From positions 34 through 64,033 of the forward strand of contig JAJDWA010000037.1 in the NCBI GenBank assembly GCA_022825825.1: a DNA stretch of 64,000 bases, written 5' to 3'. Numbering within the stretch: position 1 is the first letter of the stretch; each line of letters opens with the position of its first letter. The position numbers and the translations under genes are program-made. Source of the stretch: Candidatus Poribacteria bacterium. Lineage in GTDB: Bacteria > Poribacteria > WGA-4E > WGA-3G. The notes beneath the pieces are model-generated. The model searched no databases, had not been told where the DNA came from, and was given only the letters and a program-made list of their open reading frames with translations. Positions 1 through 9,675 of the stretch are shown here, in pieces.

Positions 1-159
1 CGTTAATCTACACCACCGGCACAGGCGCTTATACAAAACGCGCCTACCAGGGGGTCCTAAATCGGGCTTAGAAAGCGGATGGGATTTATCAAACTCACGT
101 TAGTATGCTATTTACATCTCCTTTTGACATGCTTGTAGAGTTACGCGTGTCGGTAAATC

Positions 160-195
160 GGGTCTGTGGATCTCTCCCGCAGACCCACTTTTTTG
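160..195 (+). terminator. Rho-independent terminator-like hairpin followed by a T-run
   Basis: GGGTCTGTGG (160-169) pairs with CCGCAGACCC (177-186), with one G-U pair and a 7-nt loop. ACTTTTTTG follows directly. The T-run is on the plus strand only, so it probably terminates a plus-strand transcript that starts left of the window. It may also act weakly on coaBC. Confidence 0.5.
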
Positions 196-237
196 TTTAT
201 AGTCAAATCCAAAAATAACAACGAGGGATCGCGTTGA

Positions 238-1437
238 TTATATTTCCATCAATTTTACGATGCGATCTAATATAGCATTTGCCACTTCTTGCTTGGAAAG
301 GAGTGGGAGTTGTTCACAGTTGCCCGCTTTGTCAAGCAGCGTTACAATATTTGTATCGCCCGCAAATCCAGCGCCTTCGGCAAGAATATCATTTGCAACA
401 ATGAGGTCACAGTTTTTTCGGATTAATTTCTCTTTAGCGTTTTCAAGGACATCGTTCGTTTCTGCAGCAAAACAGACGGTTAACTGATGCGTTTTATTTT
501 CACCAATCGTCTGTGCAGTATCTGGGTTTTTCTGTAAAGCGATGTTTAATGTGTCGGTCCGTTTTTTGATTTTGTGCGGTGCAAATTCTGCTGGACGATA
601 GTCAGCAGGGGCAGCCGCCATGATGGCAATGTCTGTTTCCGCAAACTTTTGTAGTACTGTCTCATGCATCTCTTGTGTCGTTTCTACGCTGCAGATTTCA
701 ATTCCTGTTGGAGGAGAAACTGTTGCATGTCCGCTAATCAACTGCACAGTTGCCCCTCGACGTGCTGCTGCTTCTGCAAGGGCATATCCCATCTTTCCGC
801 TTGATCTGTTTGTTATAAACCTAACTGGGTCAATGTATTCACGAGTCGCCCCTGCAGTAACGAGAATTCGTTTGCCATGTAAATCTTGATGGAGGTTTAG
901 AATTGCTTTCGTACGTTCGAGAATCACATCTACCTCATTTAAGCGACCAACCCCTTGGTAGCCGCACGCAAGATCACCGCTTGCAGGCTCTATGAATTCG
1001 ACACCGTGCTTACGCAGTGTGTCTATATTCTGTTGAACAAACGGGTTTTGATACATGTGTCCATTCATGGCAGGTGCCACGAGAATGGGACAATGGACAG
1101 AGACAGCCACAGTAGAAAGTGCATCATCAGCGATACCGTTTGCCATTTTTCCGAGGACGTTCGCGGTTGCAGGGACAATGGCAAGTAGGTCAGCACGGTC
1201 AGCTAGATCAATATGCGGGGGTTTCCAATCTTCACCTGTTTCAAACAGGTCGAGTAGCACGGGATTCCGTGATATAACTTGAAATTGTAGCGGGTTTATC
1301 AAGCGGGTAGCGTTTTTTGTCATTATGACGTGAACAGAAGCACCCCATTTGACCAATTGACTCGCATAATCAAGCGATTTATGGATGGCAATTCCACCTG
1401 TAACGCCTAAAAGGATAGTTCGGTCTTTGAGTTCCAT
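238..1437 (-). CDS. coaBC: Bifunctional phosphopantothenoylcysteine decarboxylase / phosphopantothenate-cysteine ligase
   Basis: 399-aa ORF. The N-terminal flavoprotein half has ILLGVTGGIAIHKS. The C-terminal CoaB half has LVTAGATREYIDPVRFITNRSSGKMG. Length and order match Dfp/CoaBC. Confidence 0.93.
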   Translation of the reverse strand: MELKDRTILLGVTGGIAIHKSLDYASQLVKWGASVHVIMTKNATRLINPLQFQVISRNPVLLDLFETGEDWKPPHIDLADRADLLAIVPATANVLGKMANGIADDALSTVAVSVHCPILVAPAMNGHMYQNPFVQQNIDTLRKHGVEFIEPASGDLACGYQGVGRLNEVDVILERTKAILNLHQDLHGKRILVTAGATREYIDPVRFITNRSSGKMGYALAEAAARRGATVQLISGHATVSPPTGIEICSVETTQEMHETVLQKFAETDIAIMAAAPADYRPAEFAPHKIKKRTDTLNIALQKNPDTAQTIGENKTHQLTVCFAAETNDVLENAKEKLIRKNCDLIVANDILAEGAGFAGDTNIVTLLDKAGNCEQLPLLSKQEVANAILDRIVKLMEI

Positions 1438-1449
1438 AAAAAATCGGGA

Positions 1450-2109
1450 TTACAAATCTCGCCTATTGGGAATACTAAAAGATTCCATAAGAGTTGCAGT
1501 CTGTTCAGGCGTAATACGGGACCGTTCGGCAGAGATAATCGCTTGAATTTGAGAGACCGCCTGTTCTACTGCATTTTCATGATTGATAACACAGTAATCG
1601 TAATGTGTAATCTGGCTAATTTCGGTTTTGGCAATTTCCAATCGGTTTGTGAGTTCTGTCTCCGATTCAGTTTTTCTGCCGCGTAGGCGTTTCTCCAAAA
1701 TAGCGAACGATGCTGGGATCAGAAAAATCAGAATGCTTCTTGTGGGGGTGAGGTCCTGTTTTTGGACCTGTAGCGCACCGTTCACCTCGATCTCTAAAAT
1801 TGTGTCTTTTCCTTCCTGCCGTGCTGTTTCTATTTCAGATTTTGGTGTTCCGTAATAGTGTTCACCGTATTTTGCCCACTCTAAGAACGCATTTTGTCCT
1901 ATCTGTTCTTCAAATTGTGTAGATGTCAAAAAATGGTAGTTAACCCCATCAACTTCACGCGGGCGTGCGGTGCGTGTTGTTGCAGAAATAGAGAGCCGTA
2001 ATGTGTCATCCGTTTCGCACAAGGCAGTAGCAACAGTGCTTTTACCACACCCAGAAGGACCAGAGATGACAACGACTAAATTATGGTTTTTAAACGGTGT
2101 GGTAACCAT
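1450..2109 (-). CDS. gmk: Guanylate kinase
   Basis: P-loop ISGPSGCGKST and ATTRTARPREVDGVNYHF match the guanylate kinase signature. The length is typical. Confidence 0.93.
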   Translation of the reverse strand: MVTTPFKNHNLVVVISGPSGCGKSTVATALCETDDTLRLSISATTRTARPREVDGVNYHFLTSTQFEEQIGQNAFLEWAKYGEHYYGTPKSEIETARQEGKDTILEIEVNGALQVQKQDLTPTRSILIFLIPASFAILEKRLRGRKTESETELTNRLEIAKTEISQITHYDYCVINHENAVEQAVSQIQAIISAERSRITPEQTATLMESFSIPNRRDL

Positions 2110-2127
2110 TTCAGAATTGAATGAGCG

Positions 2128-2586
2128 TTAATCTGCTGCTTCAGCAAGTTCTAATAGCACGGGTGATTCAACACGGATAGCATCCTTGATACATACCTCT
2201 TCGCACAACTTGCAGCCAACGCAGTCTTTCGGTTTGACTAATTCACAGATACCGAAGAAGCTTTCAGCATGTTCGCCAGTTTCGGGGTCTTTGAGTTCAA
2301 GACACTCCCACGGGCAGATATGCACACAGAAATCACACCCAGAGCAGAGTTCTTCATAGATAACAGCGATAGGTCTATGTGTTGGACGACGAATAAATTT
2401 GCACACTTCACCGAATTGGTCTCGGATTGCTTCTACCGGACACACCATACCGCACGCGCTACAATCAATACAGATACTTGGGTCAATGATGTGCAGCTTA
2501 TTTCGGTCACCAGTAATGGCATCCACAGGGCAATTGGTTAAGCATGCCATACATCCGATGCATTCGTCAGTTATATAATACGCCAT
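2128..2586 (-). CDS. Poly-ferredoxin with four 4Fe-4S binding motifs
   Basis: Four motifs of the CxxCxxCxxxC(P) type: CIGCMACLTNCP, CIDCSACGMVCP, CSGCDFCVHICP, CVGCKLCEEVC. Confidence 0.8.
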   Translation of the reverse strand: MAYYITDECIGCMACLTNCPVDAITGDRNKLHIIDPSICIDCSACGMVCPVEAIRDQFGEVCKFIRRPTHRPIAVIYEELCSGCDFCVHICPWECLELKDPETGEHAESFFGICELVKPKDCVGCKLCEEVCIKDAIRVESPVLLELAEAAD

Positions 2587-2612
2587 AGAAACGATACCTC
2601 CAGATTTCTTTT

Positions 2613-2641
2613 ATTTTAACATAACTTGGTGAAAATGTCAA
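2613..2641 (-). promoter_or_regulatory. Sigma-70-type promoter for the ferredoxin-gmk-coaBC operon
   Basis: The minus strand reads TTGACA, 17 nt, TAAAAT. A GGAGG ribosome-binding site follows before the ferredoxin ATG. Confidence 0.6.
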
Positions 2642-2984
2642 ATTGATATTTTGAGGGTATCAACTAAACAATGATATTTGTCGACATTCTCCGATATTTG
2701 ATGTATGGTATCAGCAAGAAGTCAAAATATGCCGATGCGTCCGTTCCCGAAGACATTCACATTCAAGGGACTTTTGTTTCATAACTTCTACTGAAAAATG
2801 GGAGAAAACTTCGTGTTTTCTTTTACATCTGTTCACAATAACATACGTAAAAAAATATAAATCAGATAATAGAGTTATAGTAAAAACCATAATTATGGAC
2901 ACACTACGAATCAACGCCAAATGCGCTTTTATGTTTATATGCTTCATATTTTACCATAAATATCTTGACAACTAAACCCATATC

Positions 2985-3012
2985 TTGACAAATCCTCCTG
3001 ATTCGGTAAAAT
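2985..3012 (+). promoter_or_regulatory. Sigma-70-type promoter upstream of ECF-propeller paralogue 1
   Basis: TTGACA (2985-2990), 16 nt, TAAAAT (3007-3012). A near-identical block (atcttgacaaaNcctcc...ggtaaaata) recurs at 12784-12811 upstream of paralogue 4. Confidence 0.55.
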
Positions 3013-3063
3013 ATTACCTCATAGTCTCGGATCACTCCTCTTAGAAATATTTTTTCAGTGTTA

Positions 3064-3091
3064 TGCACCCGTTTTGCACCTAACTCGCGTC
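3064..3091 (+). promoter_or_regulatory. ECF-type promoter, paralogue 1
   Basis: TGCACC (3064-3069), 18 nt, CGTC (3088-3091), then TTTATAAAG. The same motif with identical spacing lies upstream of all four paralogues. Confidence 0.6.
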
Positions 3092-3185
3092 TTTATAAAG
3101 TACAGGAACGATGTTAGAGATGTAATCTTTTTTCATCAATACAAGGAAATAATGCTTAAAGTTTGCGATTATCAGAAGGTGACCT

Positions 3186-6100
3186 ATGAAAAACAACGAT
3201 ATTGAATTGGTCCGTCGTACCCTTAACGGTGATGAAGCTGCTTTTTCTCTCCTCGTCGAAAAATATCAAAAGCAGGTTCATGCGCTCGCTTGGCGGAAAA
3301 TCGGTGATTTCCATATTGCTGAAGAAATTACGCAAGACACTTTCCTGAAAGCGTATCAAAAACTTGCAACGTTGAAAAAACCGCATCGTCTGGCGGGATG
3401 GCTTTATGTGATTGCGACACGCTGCTGTCAGGCTTGGTTACGAAAAAAGCAGATACAGACCGAATCATTAGAAGAAATAGATTATGAAAAGATAGAACCG
3501 GAGGCGTATTCCCAATATGTCGCGGAGGAGCAAGCGAAAGTAACCGCTGCGGCACAACGTCGAGTCGTCAAAAAGATTCTCGCTACATTGCCAGAGAGTG
3601 AGCGCACTGTCATTACGCTTCACTACTTCGGTGAAATGACGTGTGAAGAAATGAGCGAATTTTTGGGCGTATCCGCAAACACAATCAAGAGTAGACTCCG
3701 TCGCGCACGTAACCGCTTGAAAAAGGAGGAACTGATGATCCGAGAAGCAATTAGTAACTTCCAAATTTCACCTAATTTAACCGATAACATCATGAAAGAA
3801 GTCGCAAGACTTAAACCTGCTGCACCTTCTGCCAGTAAACCTTTGATCCCGTGGGTAATAGGCGCTGCAAGTGCTGTTTTGATCGTGCTAATGCTCGGCA
3901 TTGGTAGTCAATACTTAACGCGTTTTCAGCAACCCTATAGTTTGGATACGCAGACTGAGATGACAGTTGAGCTTGTTGACGCACCTATTATGCTAAATCT
4001 TGAAATGAAACCGGATGTTCGTCATCAACTTGGAAATTCAAATGCACTTGGTCCAAGTGATAGTAACGGTCAGAAACCTGATGAGGTCCTATTTGCTGCA
4101 GCACAATCGAACGGAGAAGATATTACTACCCCCAAGCAACAATGGATCCAGTCTGAACCTATCATTGGAAGTGCTGTAGAAAATTTATATGCAACCGATG
4201 ACGGACAACTCTACACTGTTCTTGATGCGCATATATACAAATGGCAAAATGATAGAACGGGGTGGGAACAGATTAGTGGTGACATAAGAGACTATCATGA
4301 TAGACTGAATGAAACTACTCTTATAACTAATGTTCCGATAGCAAAGTGGGACAATACCCTTTATATTGTTTTAGAAAATTTACTATTGGCTTCAAAAGAT
4401 GATGGCAAGACATGGAAAATAGTTCATTCATGGACACAGGATTATTTTGACCCGCGTGAATTGGTGTTTACTGAACAAGCAATTTGGGTAATTTTTTCCC
4501 AAGGTGCTTTCCGTTCTGAGGATAAAGGTAAGACATGGAAGGATGTGGACAACAATGAATTATTTAAAGGTTATATCTTCTTTAAAGCCATACAAAACAA
4601 GGTATTTGTCGGAACATACACCGGACTTTATTTTTGGAACATCGATAGCTGGGAACGGATAGAATTACCGGTTCCTAAGGCATTAATAGTCCACAAAGCC
4701 ACAGCCACTAAAGATCGATTGTATGTAATGACAGGATTAGGTTATGATTTTTATGATGATAAAGCAGTCAGGGAGGGACGACAACGGACTTGGTGGATAT
4801 TTCGCTCAACCGATTTGGGGAATTCGTGGGAGGATATTACACCGACAAATGCCTGGCCCCTAAAAGCTGAGTCACCAGATATCCGACTTGTTGCTGCTGG
4901 CGAAACAATCATGTTAATGGGACGGGGTATTGTGCGTTCTACCGATGGAGGAGATACTTGGTTGCCCTTACAAGCACCTCACACTCTCCCTACAGATATA
5001 AAGTCTCACGGGCCTTCTGTGGCATTAAACGAGCATGTATTTTACGCTATAGGAAGAGGTCTACACCGTACCACTGATGGTGGCAAATCATGGAGCAAGG
5101 TAAATATCACTCCGAATAGGAGATGGCTTGGAATACAAAACTTACTCGCGTATAAACGGAACGAAAGAATGGAAAGCATGCTGCCGACTCTCTATGGGAT
5201 CGCTGGGAGTGGGATAGTAAAAACTACTGACAAGGGTAAGTCTTGGAAGCCTGTTCAGGTAGAAATACCTATGACCGCTCTTGTAAGAGAAGACCAACCA
5301 TCAATTATTCAGATAGTCAAATCCGATGGTGTTCTCTATGCGAAAGGTAGCAGTGATTACCCAATCGGGGAATTGCGCTGCTATCGCGTATCTGAAGATG
5401 GCAACATGTTGGTCCCTATTCAAGGCATGCCTACATTCGACTCAAGAGAATTAAAAGACTATTTGCGTAAGCCTCAAAACCTCTCTATTGAGGCGTTACA
5501 GAAAGATTTTTCGGGAGCGACTCTTTTTTTTAAGTTGCTGCTCCAAGTACCTCCTCAAGTACAGGATATACTCATCCGAGAGGGGTTTCGGGGGCAGTTT
5601 GCAGTCAGTGATAATACGTTTTATATCGAATACAATTATAAACTCTTCCGATGGGAACCGGGTGGTACAGAATGGCAAAACATTGGACAAGAAGAAACTT
5701 CACGCGGAAAAGGGGGATATCTCCAATTTGCTGTTTCAGGAAACACAGTCTACGTCGGAAAACGGGATGGCCATCTCGTCGTATCGTTTGATAGGGGAGA
5801 TAATTGGATTGATCTCACGCCAGCACTACCATTCCCTGTTAGATTCTTCAAAAAGATTGTAACTGCTGGGTCAACCGTTTATGTAGCAACAGACGCAGGT
5901 GTCCTTACATCAGACAATGGGAGGAATTGGCGAGTTGTGCCTGATACAGAAGGAGCAAATCTAATCATGGAAGAATTGACTGTTGATGGCACAACGATTT
6001 ATGGAATTACTAAAGACACAGGTATCTATCGTTTAGAGAGTGATAGTGGTATTTGGGAACAGATTATCTCAGAGATACCTGAGATCGCAAAAGTTAATAT

Positions 6101-6194
6101 AGCGAGTAACGGAACTTCTCTCGCTGTTGCTGGAAGCACTATATACCTTGGCACCCAATTCAACGGTATGCTTCATTTTACTCTCAAAGAATAA
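3186..6194 (+). CDS. ECF sigma factor fused via one TM helix to a BNR/Asp-box beta-propeller ectodomain (paralogue 1)
   Basis: aa 1-185 form a complete ECF sigma: region 2 GWLYVIATRCCQAWLRKK, region 4 HTH MTCEEMSEFLGVSANTIKSRLRRARNRLKK. The TM segment is LIPWVIGAASAVLIVLMLGIG. Eight Asp-box motifs follow (SKDDGKTW, SEDKGKTW, STDLGNSW, STDGGDTW, TTDGGKSW, TTDKGKSW, SFDRGDNW, TSDNGRNW). Confidence 0.88.
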   Translation: MKNNDIELVRRTLNGDEAAFSLLVEKYQKQVHALAWRKIGDFHIAEEITQDTFLKAYQKLATLKKPHRLAGWLYVIATRCCQAWLRKKQIQTESLEEIDYEKIEPEAYSQYVAEEQAKVTAAAQRRVVKKILATLPESERTVITLHYFGEMTCEEMSEFLGVSANTIKSRLRRARNRLKKEELMIREAISNFQISPNLTDNIMKEVARLKPAAPSASKPLIPWVIGAASAVLIVLMLGIGSQYLTRFQQPYSLDTQTEMTVELVDAPIMLNLEMKPDVRHQLGNSNALGPSDSNGQKPDEVLFAAAQSNGEDITTPKQQWIQSEPIIGSAVENLYATDDGQLYTVLDAHIYKWQNDRTGWEQISGDIRDYHDRLNETTLITNVPIAKWDNTLYIVLENLLLASKDDGKTWKIVHSWTQDYFDPRELVFTEQAIWVIFSQGAFRSEDKGKTWKDVDNNELFKGYIFFKAIQNKVFVGTYTGLYFWNIDSWERIELPVPKALIVHKATATKDRLYVMTGLGYDFYDDKAVREGRQRTWWIFRSTDLGNSWEDITPTNAWPLKAESPDIRLVAAGETIMLMGRGIVRSTDGGDTWLPLQAPHTLPTDIKSHGPSVALNEHVFYAIGRGLHRTTDGGKSWSKVNITPNRRWLGIQNLLAYKRNERMESMLPTLYGIAGSGIVKTTDKGKSWKPVQVEIPMTALVREDQPSIIQIVKSDGVLYAKGSSDYPIGELRCYRVSEDGNMLVPIQGMPTFDSRELKDYLRKPQNLSIEALQKDFSGATLFFKLLLQVPPQVQDILIREGFRGQFAVSDNTFYIEYNYKLFRWEPGGTEWQNIGQEETSRGKGGYLQFAVSGNTVYVGKRDGHLVVSFDRGDNWIDLTPALPFPVRFFKKIVTAGSTVYVATDAGVLTSDNGRNWRVVPDTEGANLIMEELTVDGTTIYGITKDTGIYRLESDSGIWEQIISEIPEIAKVNIASNGTSLAVAGSTIYLGTQFNGMLHFTLKE

Positions 6195-6206
6195 TGTATC
6201 CTGCCA

Positions 6207-6227
6207 GGGCGGTGTTAAATGCCGCCC
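6207..6227 (+). terminator. Conserved 3-prime hairpin after paralogue 1 (no clear U-tract)
   Basis: GGGCGG-tgttaaatg-CCGCCC lies 13 nt after the stop codon. An identical copy follows paralogue 2, and decayed copies follow paralogues 3 and 4. Confidence 0.4.
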
Positions 6228-6433
6228 ATTCCTACCTTTCGCAATCTCAAATTCACCTCAAGTTTGCCTTAATCGCTATCTTTCAGATATTTTATGAAGC
6301 ATCTTCTGTGAACTAAAATGTCATCACCTCTGATACGTTAGCGTTTGTGCAGATATGAAAAAAGAGAGGAAAATGGTATAATATTGATACATTATCTATT
6401 TTTCCCTTATTTTTAAAATATTTTGCAGAATTA

Positions 6434-6461
6434 TGCACCAGTTTTCCTCTTAACATGCGTC
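6434..6461 (+). promoter_or_regulatory. ECF-type promoter, paralogue 2
   Basis: TGCACC, 18 nt, CGTC, then ACTATAGCG. The 21-nt block gcagaattatgcaccagtttt is identical to the one at paralogue 4. Confidence 0.6.
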
Positions 6462-6487
6462 ACTATAGCGCGATCGGAGGTAATTCC

Positions 6488-9400
6488 ATGAAAACTACTG
6501 ATGTTGAGCTCATTAATCGCATTCTAAATGGCGATGATACCGCCTTCACTGAACTTGTAAAAAAGTATCAAAAACCAGTTCACGCGCTTGTTTGGCGTAA
6601 AATTGGAGATTTCCACGTCGCCGAGGAAATTACACAGGATACATTCCTAAAGGCATATCAAGGATTAGCGACACTGAAGAAACCGCAGAGTTTTGCAAGT
6701 TGGCTTTACGTGATTGCCACTAACAATAGTAATACGTGGCTTCGTAAAAAGCGTTTGTGGACACAGTCGCTTGAAGAGACAAGTAACTCACAGTTTGGAA
6801 AATCGACATATTCACAATACGTCGTTGAAGAGAAGGAACGGACAGCAGTAGAAGCACAACGCGAAGTCGTCCAAAAGTTGCTTGCGAAACTTCCAGAGAG
6901 CGAACGCACGGTCATTACGTTACACTATTTCAGCGATATGTCCAGTGCAGAGATTGGCGCGTTTTTAGGTGTATCGGCAAATACGATTCGGAGTCGCCTC
7001 CGCAGAGCACAACAACGTTTACAAAAGGAGGAAACGATGATTAGAGAAGCGCTTGACCATTTTCAAATTTCACCGAACCTAACTGATAACATTATGCGAG
7101 AAATCGCACGACTTAAACCTGTTGCACCTTCAAGAAGCAAACCCTTAGTACCGTGGGCGATTGCAGCTTCAAGTACTGTTTTAATTGTGTTGATGCTTGG
7201 TATAAGTAGTCAATACTTAGCATTTTTTCAAAGACCTTATAGTTTAGACGCCCAAGCTGAGACGACCGTTGAACTTGTTGACACACCTATTGTGCTAAAT
7301 CTTGAAGTAGAACCAGATGTACTCCGTCAACTTGGGAATTCAAATGCGTTAGGTGTAAGTGAGAATGAAGGTCAGAAACCTGATGAGGTCCTATTGGCTG
7401 CTGCCCAGGCAGATGGAGAAGATGTGTCTGTGCCTAAACAGCAGTGGATTCAGGCTGAACCTATCAAAGGCAGCCCACTCACGAGTATGATGGGGACACC
7501 TGAAGGCGATATATATGTGCTCGGTGAGGAACTTAGTCTCTACAAATTACCTGCCGATGGAAAGCAGTGGCAATATATCTCTGACATGGGCTCACTGGAT
7601 ACCTGGTGGACACCGAGTCCGCCTATCGCAAAGTGGAAAAATACCCTTTACATGGTACCATCAAATAAACTCTTTGCTTCAATCGATGATGGGAAGACAT
7701 GGGATTTACTCTACACATGGCAGGAAGAAAAATATTGGACTCCGATTGAATTGGTGCTAACAGAGGATGCGTTTTATGTTGCTTTTACAAGCGGGATTTT
7801 GCGTTCTGAGGATAAGGGTAAAACATGGAGAGCAATGAATAAAGAATTAGGAAAAATTAGTTTCTTAGTCAATATTCAACATACACTTTTTGTTGCAGCA
7901 GACACTGGATTCTACCGCCTCGATCCTGATGTTGAGATTTGGGAACGCTTAAAGTTCCCAGCACCGACAATGGGACGCTTTCTTTCAGTTGCATCGACTG
8001 AAAAGAATCTTTATGTTGCAGCAGAATTTAGTTGGGACGCGGTAAATCCTGCTGACGTATCGCGAGGATTAGAGCGTGGTTGGTGGATATTCCGATCAAC
8101 TGACCTTGGGGATTCATGGGTGGATATAACACCGACAAACGCTTGGCCCGTAAAGGGATGGTCCCCCGAAATCACACTTATTGCTGCAGGTGAAGCACTT
8201 CTGGCGATGGAAAATGGTATGGTTCGGTCTACTGATGGAGGAAATACGTGGATGCCGCCGCAGACACCCGACACTTCTCCTTCAACGATTAGTGGATTTC
8301 CATCTGCGGTGTTAAACGAACGTGTTTTTTATGTTCATAGCTGGGACGGGCTCCATCGTTCTACTGATGGCGGAAAATCATGGGAGAAGATAAATATCCC
8401 TGGGGAGAAGGAAATAAGTCCAATAGACAATCTAATCGTGTATCAAGAGAACGATAAAGTACAAAGCACGCTCCCTACTCTCTACGCGAGATTTGGAGGT
8501 GAGTACTGGAGATTGAAAGGAGAGATAGCAAAAACTACCGACAATGGTAAATCTTGGAAAATTATTGAGATGGAAATACCACCAATCACGGAACGCGACA
8601 GAGAGGAACAACCAAGTATTACTCAGATAGTAAAATCGAAAGGTGTTATCTATGCAAAAAATGTAGATTCTTTAGGTAGAGGGAAACCATATATCTATCA
8701 AGTATCTGTAGATGACAAGACGCTTGTGCCATTTCAAGGAATGCCTTACATTGACTCAATGAATTTAGAGGAGCAGTTGTTCTTTCAAAAACTCCCAGTA
8801 AAAGATCCCTTGTATGTCCCGGTTGAAAATTGGGATGAAAATTTTTCTGGTGCTATGCAATTCTTTAGGCAGTTGGAAAATGGGAATCCTCGGCAACAAG
8901 AGGAACTTATTCAACAAGGACTAAGAGGGATTTTTTCGGTTAGTGATGATACATTCTATATGGAATACAACTTTAAACTCTTCCGATGGAAGCTGGGTGA
9001 GACAGAATGGTACGACACTGGACAGGAAGAAACAGTTGAATTGACTTTGGAAGTAGCAAGAAAAAACCTCAAGCTTGCTGTTTCAGGTGACACTGTCTAC
9101 GTCGGAAAACGGGATGGACACCTTGTTGTATCTTTTGATAGGGGAGATAATTGGATCGATCTTACCCCTGCTCTGCCGTTTCCTGTTAAAACTTTCAAAG
9201 AGATTGTGGTTGCTGGTTCCACCGTGTATGTAGCAACGGACGCAGGTATTATTACTTCAGATGATGGGAGAACTTGGCAAGTCGTCACTGATGCAGCAGG
9301 TACAAATCTTATCATGGAGCATTTGGCTGCTGACGGTGAAACCCTTTACGGTATTACTAAAAACACGGGTGCCTATCGCTTGGAAAGCGGTGTTTGGGAA

Positions 9401-9511
9401 CAGATTGTCTCAGAGGTGCCCGATAACGTGACGTCTCTTGCTGTTGATGGAGACACGTTATATGTAGGTACAGAATATAACGAAATGCTCCATTTCAATT
9501 TTGAAAAATAA
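6488..9511 (+). CDS. ECF sigma - TM - BNR/Asp-box propeller fusion (paralogue 2)
   Basis: Same architecture as paralogue 1, with eight Asp boxes. The start was moved from the track ATG at 6455, which sits inside the promoter -10 region. The new start is the ATG at 6488, preceded by GGAGG, and aligns with the MK..D N-termini of the paralogues. Confidence 0.88.
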   Translation: MKTTDVELINRILNGDDTAFTELVKKYQKPVHALVWRKIGDFHVAEEITQDTFLKAYQGLATLKKPQSFASWLYVIATNNSNTWLRKKRLWTQSLEETSNSQFGKSTYSQYVVEEKERTAVEAQREVVQKLLAKLPESERTVITLHYFSDMSSAEIGAFLGVSANTIRSRLRRAQQRLQKEETMIREALDHFQISPNLTDNIMREIARLKPVAPSRSKPLVPWAIAASSTVLIVLMLGISSQYLAFFQRPYSLDAQAETTVELVDTPIVLNLEVEPDVLRQLGNSNALGVSENEGQKPDEVLLAAAQADGEDVSVPKQQWIQAEPIKGSPLTSMMGTPEGDIYVLGEELSLYKLPADGKQWQYISDMGSLDTWWTPSPPIAKWKNTLYMVPSNKLFASIDDGKTWDLLYTWQEEKYWTPIELVLTEDAFYVAFTSGILRSEDKGKTWRAMNKELGKISFLVNIQHTLFVAADTGFYRLDPDVEIWERLKFPAPTMGRFLSVASTEKNLYVAAEFSWDAVNPADVSRGLERGWWIFRSTDLGDSWVDITPTNAWPVKGWSPEITLIAAGEALLAMENGMVRSTDGGNTWMPPQTPDTSPSTISGFPSAVLNERVFYVHSWDGLHRSTDGGKSWEKINIPGEKEISPIDNLIVYQENDKVQSTLPTLYARFGGEYWRLKGEIAKTTDNGKSWKIIEMEIPPITERDREEQPSITQIVKSKGVIYAKNVDSLGRGKPYIYQVSVDDKTLVPFQGMPYIDSMNLEEQLFFQKLPVKDPLYVPVENWDENFSGAMQFFRQLENGNPRQQEELIQQGLRGIFSVSDDTFYMEYNFKLFRWKLGETEWYDTGQEETVELTLEVARKNLKLAVSGDTVYVGKRDGHLVVSFDRGDNWIDLTPALPFPVKTFKEIVVAGSTVYVATDAGIITSDDGRTWQVVTDAAGTNLIMEHLAADGETLYGITKNTGAYRLESGVWEQIVSEVPDNVTSLAVDGDTLYVGTEYNEMLHFNFEK

Positions 9512-9523
9512 AATCCATTATCT

Positions 9524-9544
9524 GGGCGGTGTTAAATGCCGCCC
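9524..9544 (+). terminator. Conserved 3-prime hairpin after paralogue 2
   Basis: GGGCGG-tgttaaatg-CCGCCC, identical to 6207-6227. Confidence 0.4.
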
Positions 9545-9596
9545 TTACTCATCTCTATTCTCTTTTTTCTCCAAATACCTCTTTTTTGCACAATTA

Positions 9597-9624
9597 TGCA
9601 ACCGTTTTGCATCTAACTTGCGTC
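9597..9624 (+). promoter_or_regulatory. ECF-type promoter, paralogue 3
   Basis: TGCAAC, 18 nt, CGTC, then ACTATAGTT. Confidence 0.55.
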
Positions 9625-9675
9625 ACTATAGTTTGATATGTTATTAATCAAACTATCTATCTTTGGAGATACCTC

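Noticed and set aside
1-71. Possible 3-prime end of a plus-strand gene (frame 3: …LIYTTGTGAYTKRAYQGVLNRA stop).
   Set aside because: Only 23 codons are visible and no family is recognisable. The segment also overlaps a hairpin-repeat-like element (GGCGC…GCGCC-TACCAGGG). It cannot be supported as a CDS.
260-1282. Plus-strand ORFs of 75-89 aa (260-487, 620-889, 955-1188, 1055-1282). Many similar 60-260-aa ORFs lie opposite the large genes throughout the track, for example 23951-24727, 25946-26461, 38115-38726, 53835-54320 and 56279-56797.
   Set aside because: All lie antisense to, or out of frame with, long ORFs that have clear family signatures. Their translations are low-complexity (Ser/Arg/Pro/Cys-rich) shadows with no recognisable motifs.
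2711-2947. 78-aa minus-strand ORF in the ferredoxin / ECF-array intergenic region.
   Set aside because: AT-rich with odd composition and no RBS. It lies upstream of the operon promoter at 2613-2641. It is most likely non-coding promoter spacer.
6455-6487. The longer start for paralogue 2 given by the ORF track (MRHYSAIGGNS…).
   Set aside because: That ATG sits between the -35 and -10 elements of the conserved ECF promoter. The ATG at 6488 has a GGAGG RBS and aligns with the N-termini of the other three paralogues.
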